IMG/VR virus record: IMGVR_UViG_3300012987_000009
Location: 1,690 to 65,689 of that record
DNA: 64,000 bases
DNA from: a virus
Lineage: Duplodnaviria; Caudoviricetes
Direction: 5' to 3' (one strand)
Made by a program: the position numbers and the translations under genes. Below are positions 63,641 to 64,000 of this stretch, one piece after another. Each line of letters begins with the position of its first letter. The first letter of the stretch is position 1. The notes under the pieces were generated by a model. It was not told where the DNA came from and searched no databases. It was given only the letters and a program-made list of their open reading frames with translations.

Positions 63641-63815
63641 CAAAGTTGATGCCTTTATATACAACTATTTTAAATGAGGTGTTTTTTCCCTTCCTAACTA
63701 ATTCATAGATGTATGATGTGTTGCAAGGCCATTGAGCCGCATATTCACTAACCCTTAGAGCGTCACCAGGAAGGTTATCTACAATCTCATATGTATTGTG
63801 TCGTGTATTCTTCAT
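63621..63815 (-). CDS. Xis/MerR-like HTH small protein
   Basis: LRVSEYAAQWPCNTSYIYELVRKGK...IVVYKGINFV; start trimmed to MKNTRH. Confidence 0.6.
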   Translation of the reverse strand: MKNTRHNTYEIVDNLPGDALRVSEYAAQWPCNTSYIYELVRKGKNTSFKIVVYKGINFVIPLNK

Positions 63816-63863
63816 ATACGCTAAGATAGTAAATATATGTATGTAAGTTGTATGTTTGTTCAA

Positions 63864-64000
63864 TTTAATTCCCCATCACCATCCCCACCAAAATAATAAT
63901 ACTCCCAATCCCCCACTCAACCCCCATTAACCCCCAACAAGCAGCACAACACAACCACATACACTAACACAACGCATCTCAACACAACACACTAGAAACA
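63864..64000. other. strand-asymmetric C/A-rich low-complexity tract with G-quadruplex motif on minus
   Basis: Almost no G on plus; C3-N3-C5-N6-C5-N5-C5 at 63904-63935. Confidence 0.7.

Noticed and set aside
1-64000. CRISPR array, tRNA genes, reverse transcriptase/DGR, integrase
   Set aside because: No regularly spaced repeats, no TTC-loop cloverleaf, and no RT or recombinase motifs seen by eye; tRNAscan and HMM searches would be needed to exclude divergent cases
1-64000. Claim that the window is a complete circular genome
   Set aside because: Gene content looks near-complete, but the two ends share no terminal overlap or repeat

Overview
The window is most or all of a tailed dsDNA phage genome with a podovirus-type virion module. 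The host is very likely Bacteroidota: host-type TAnnTTTG (-7) promoters, Bacteroidota-style ECF sigma factors and signal peptides cleaved before Gln. Layout: (i) two blocks of small leftward early-type genes (786-5139 and 57798-63815); (ii) a divergent promoter and Cro-like gene at about 5.2 kb starting a long rightward run with an ECF sigma, a beta-clamp-like protein, a Fis-like HTH, RNase HI, an initiator-like fragment, a DnaC-like ATPase, SSB and a MazG-like protein; (iii) a methyltransferase plus three glycosyltransferases; (iv) GroEL with two different GroES-fold genes; (v) portal, terminase, scaffold, capsid, ring/adaptor, tail-stabilisation, ejection, hub and tail-fibre genes; (vi) a membrane-protein-rich lysis block with a GH19 endolysin. 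Four free-standing homing endonucleases lie between 16 and 25 kb. I saw no integrase, DNA or RNA polymerase, reverse transcriptase, tRNA or CRISPR array. The most striking observation is that the 1466-aa tail-fibre/spike gene starts with a classical Sec signal peptide (VRA|Q) and is densely studded with the Bacteroidota O-glycosylation sequon D-[ST]-[AILVMT]. With the phage glycosyltransferase/methyltransferase cassette, this suggests an export-glycosylate-then-assemble route for a receptor-binding protein (hypothesis). Other hidden items: two genes split by a single missing A in A-runs, two unannotated 54-aa ribbon-helix-helix-like genes, candidate small RNAs, a parS-like palindrome and repeated junction motifs in the early region. 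All annotation is by eye; no searches were run, so family names rest on motif recognition.
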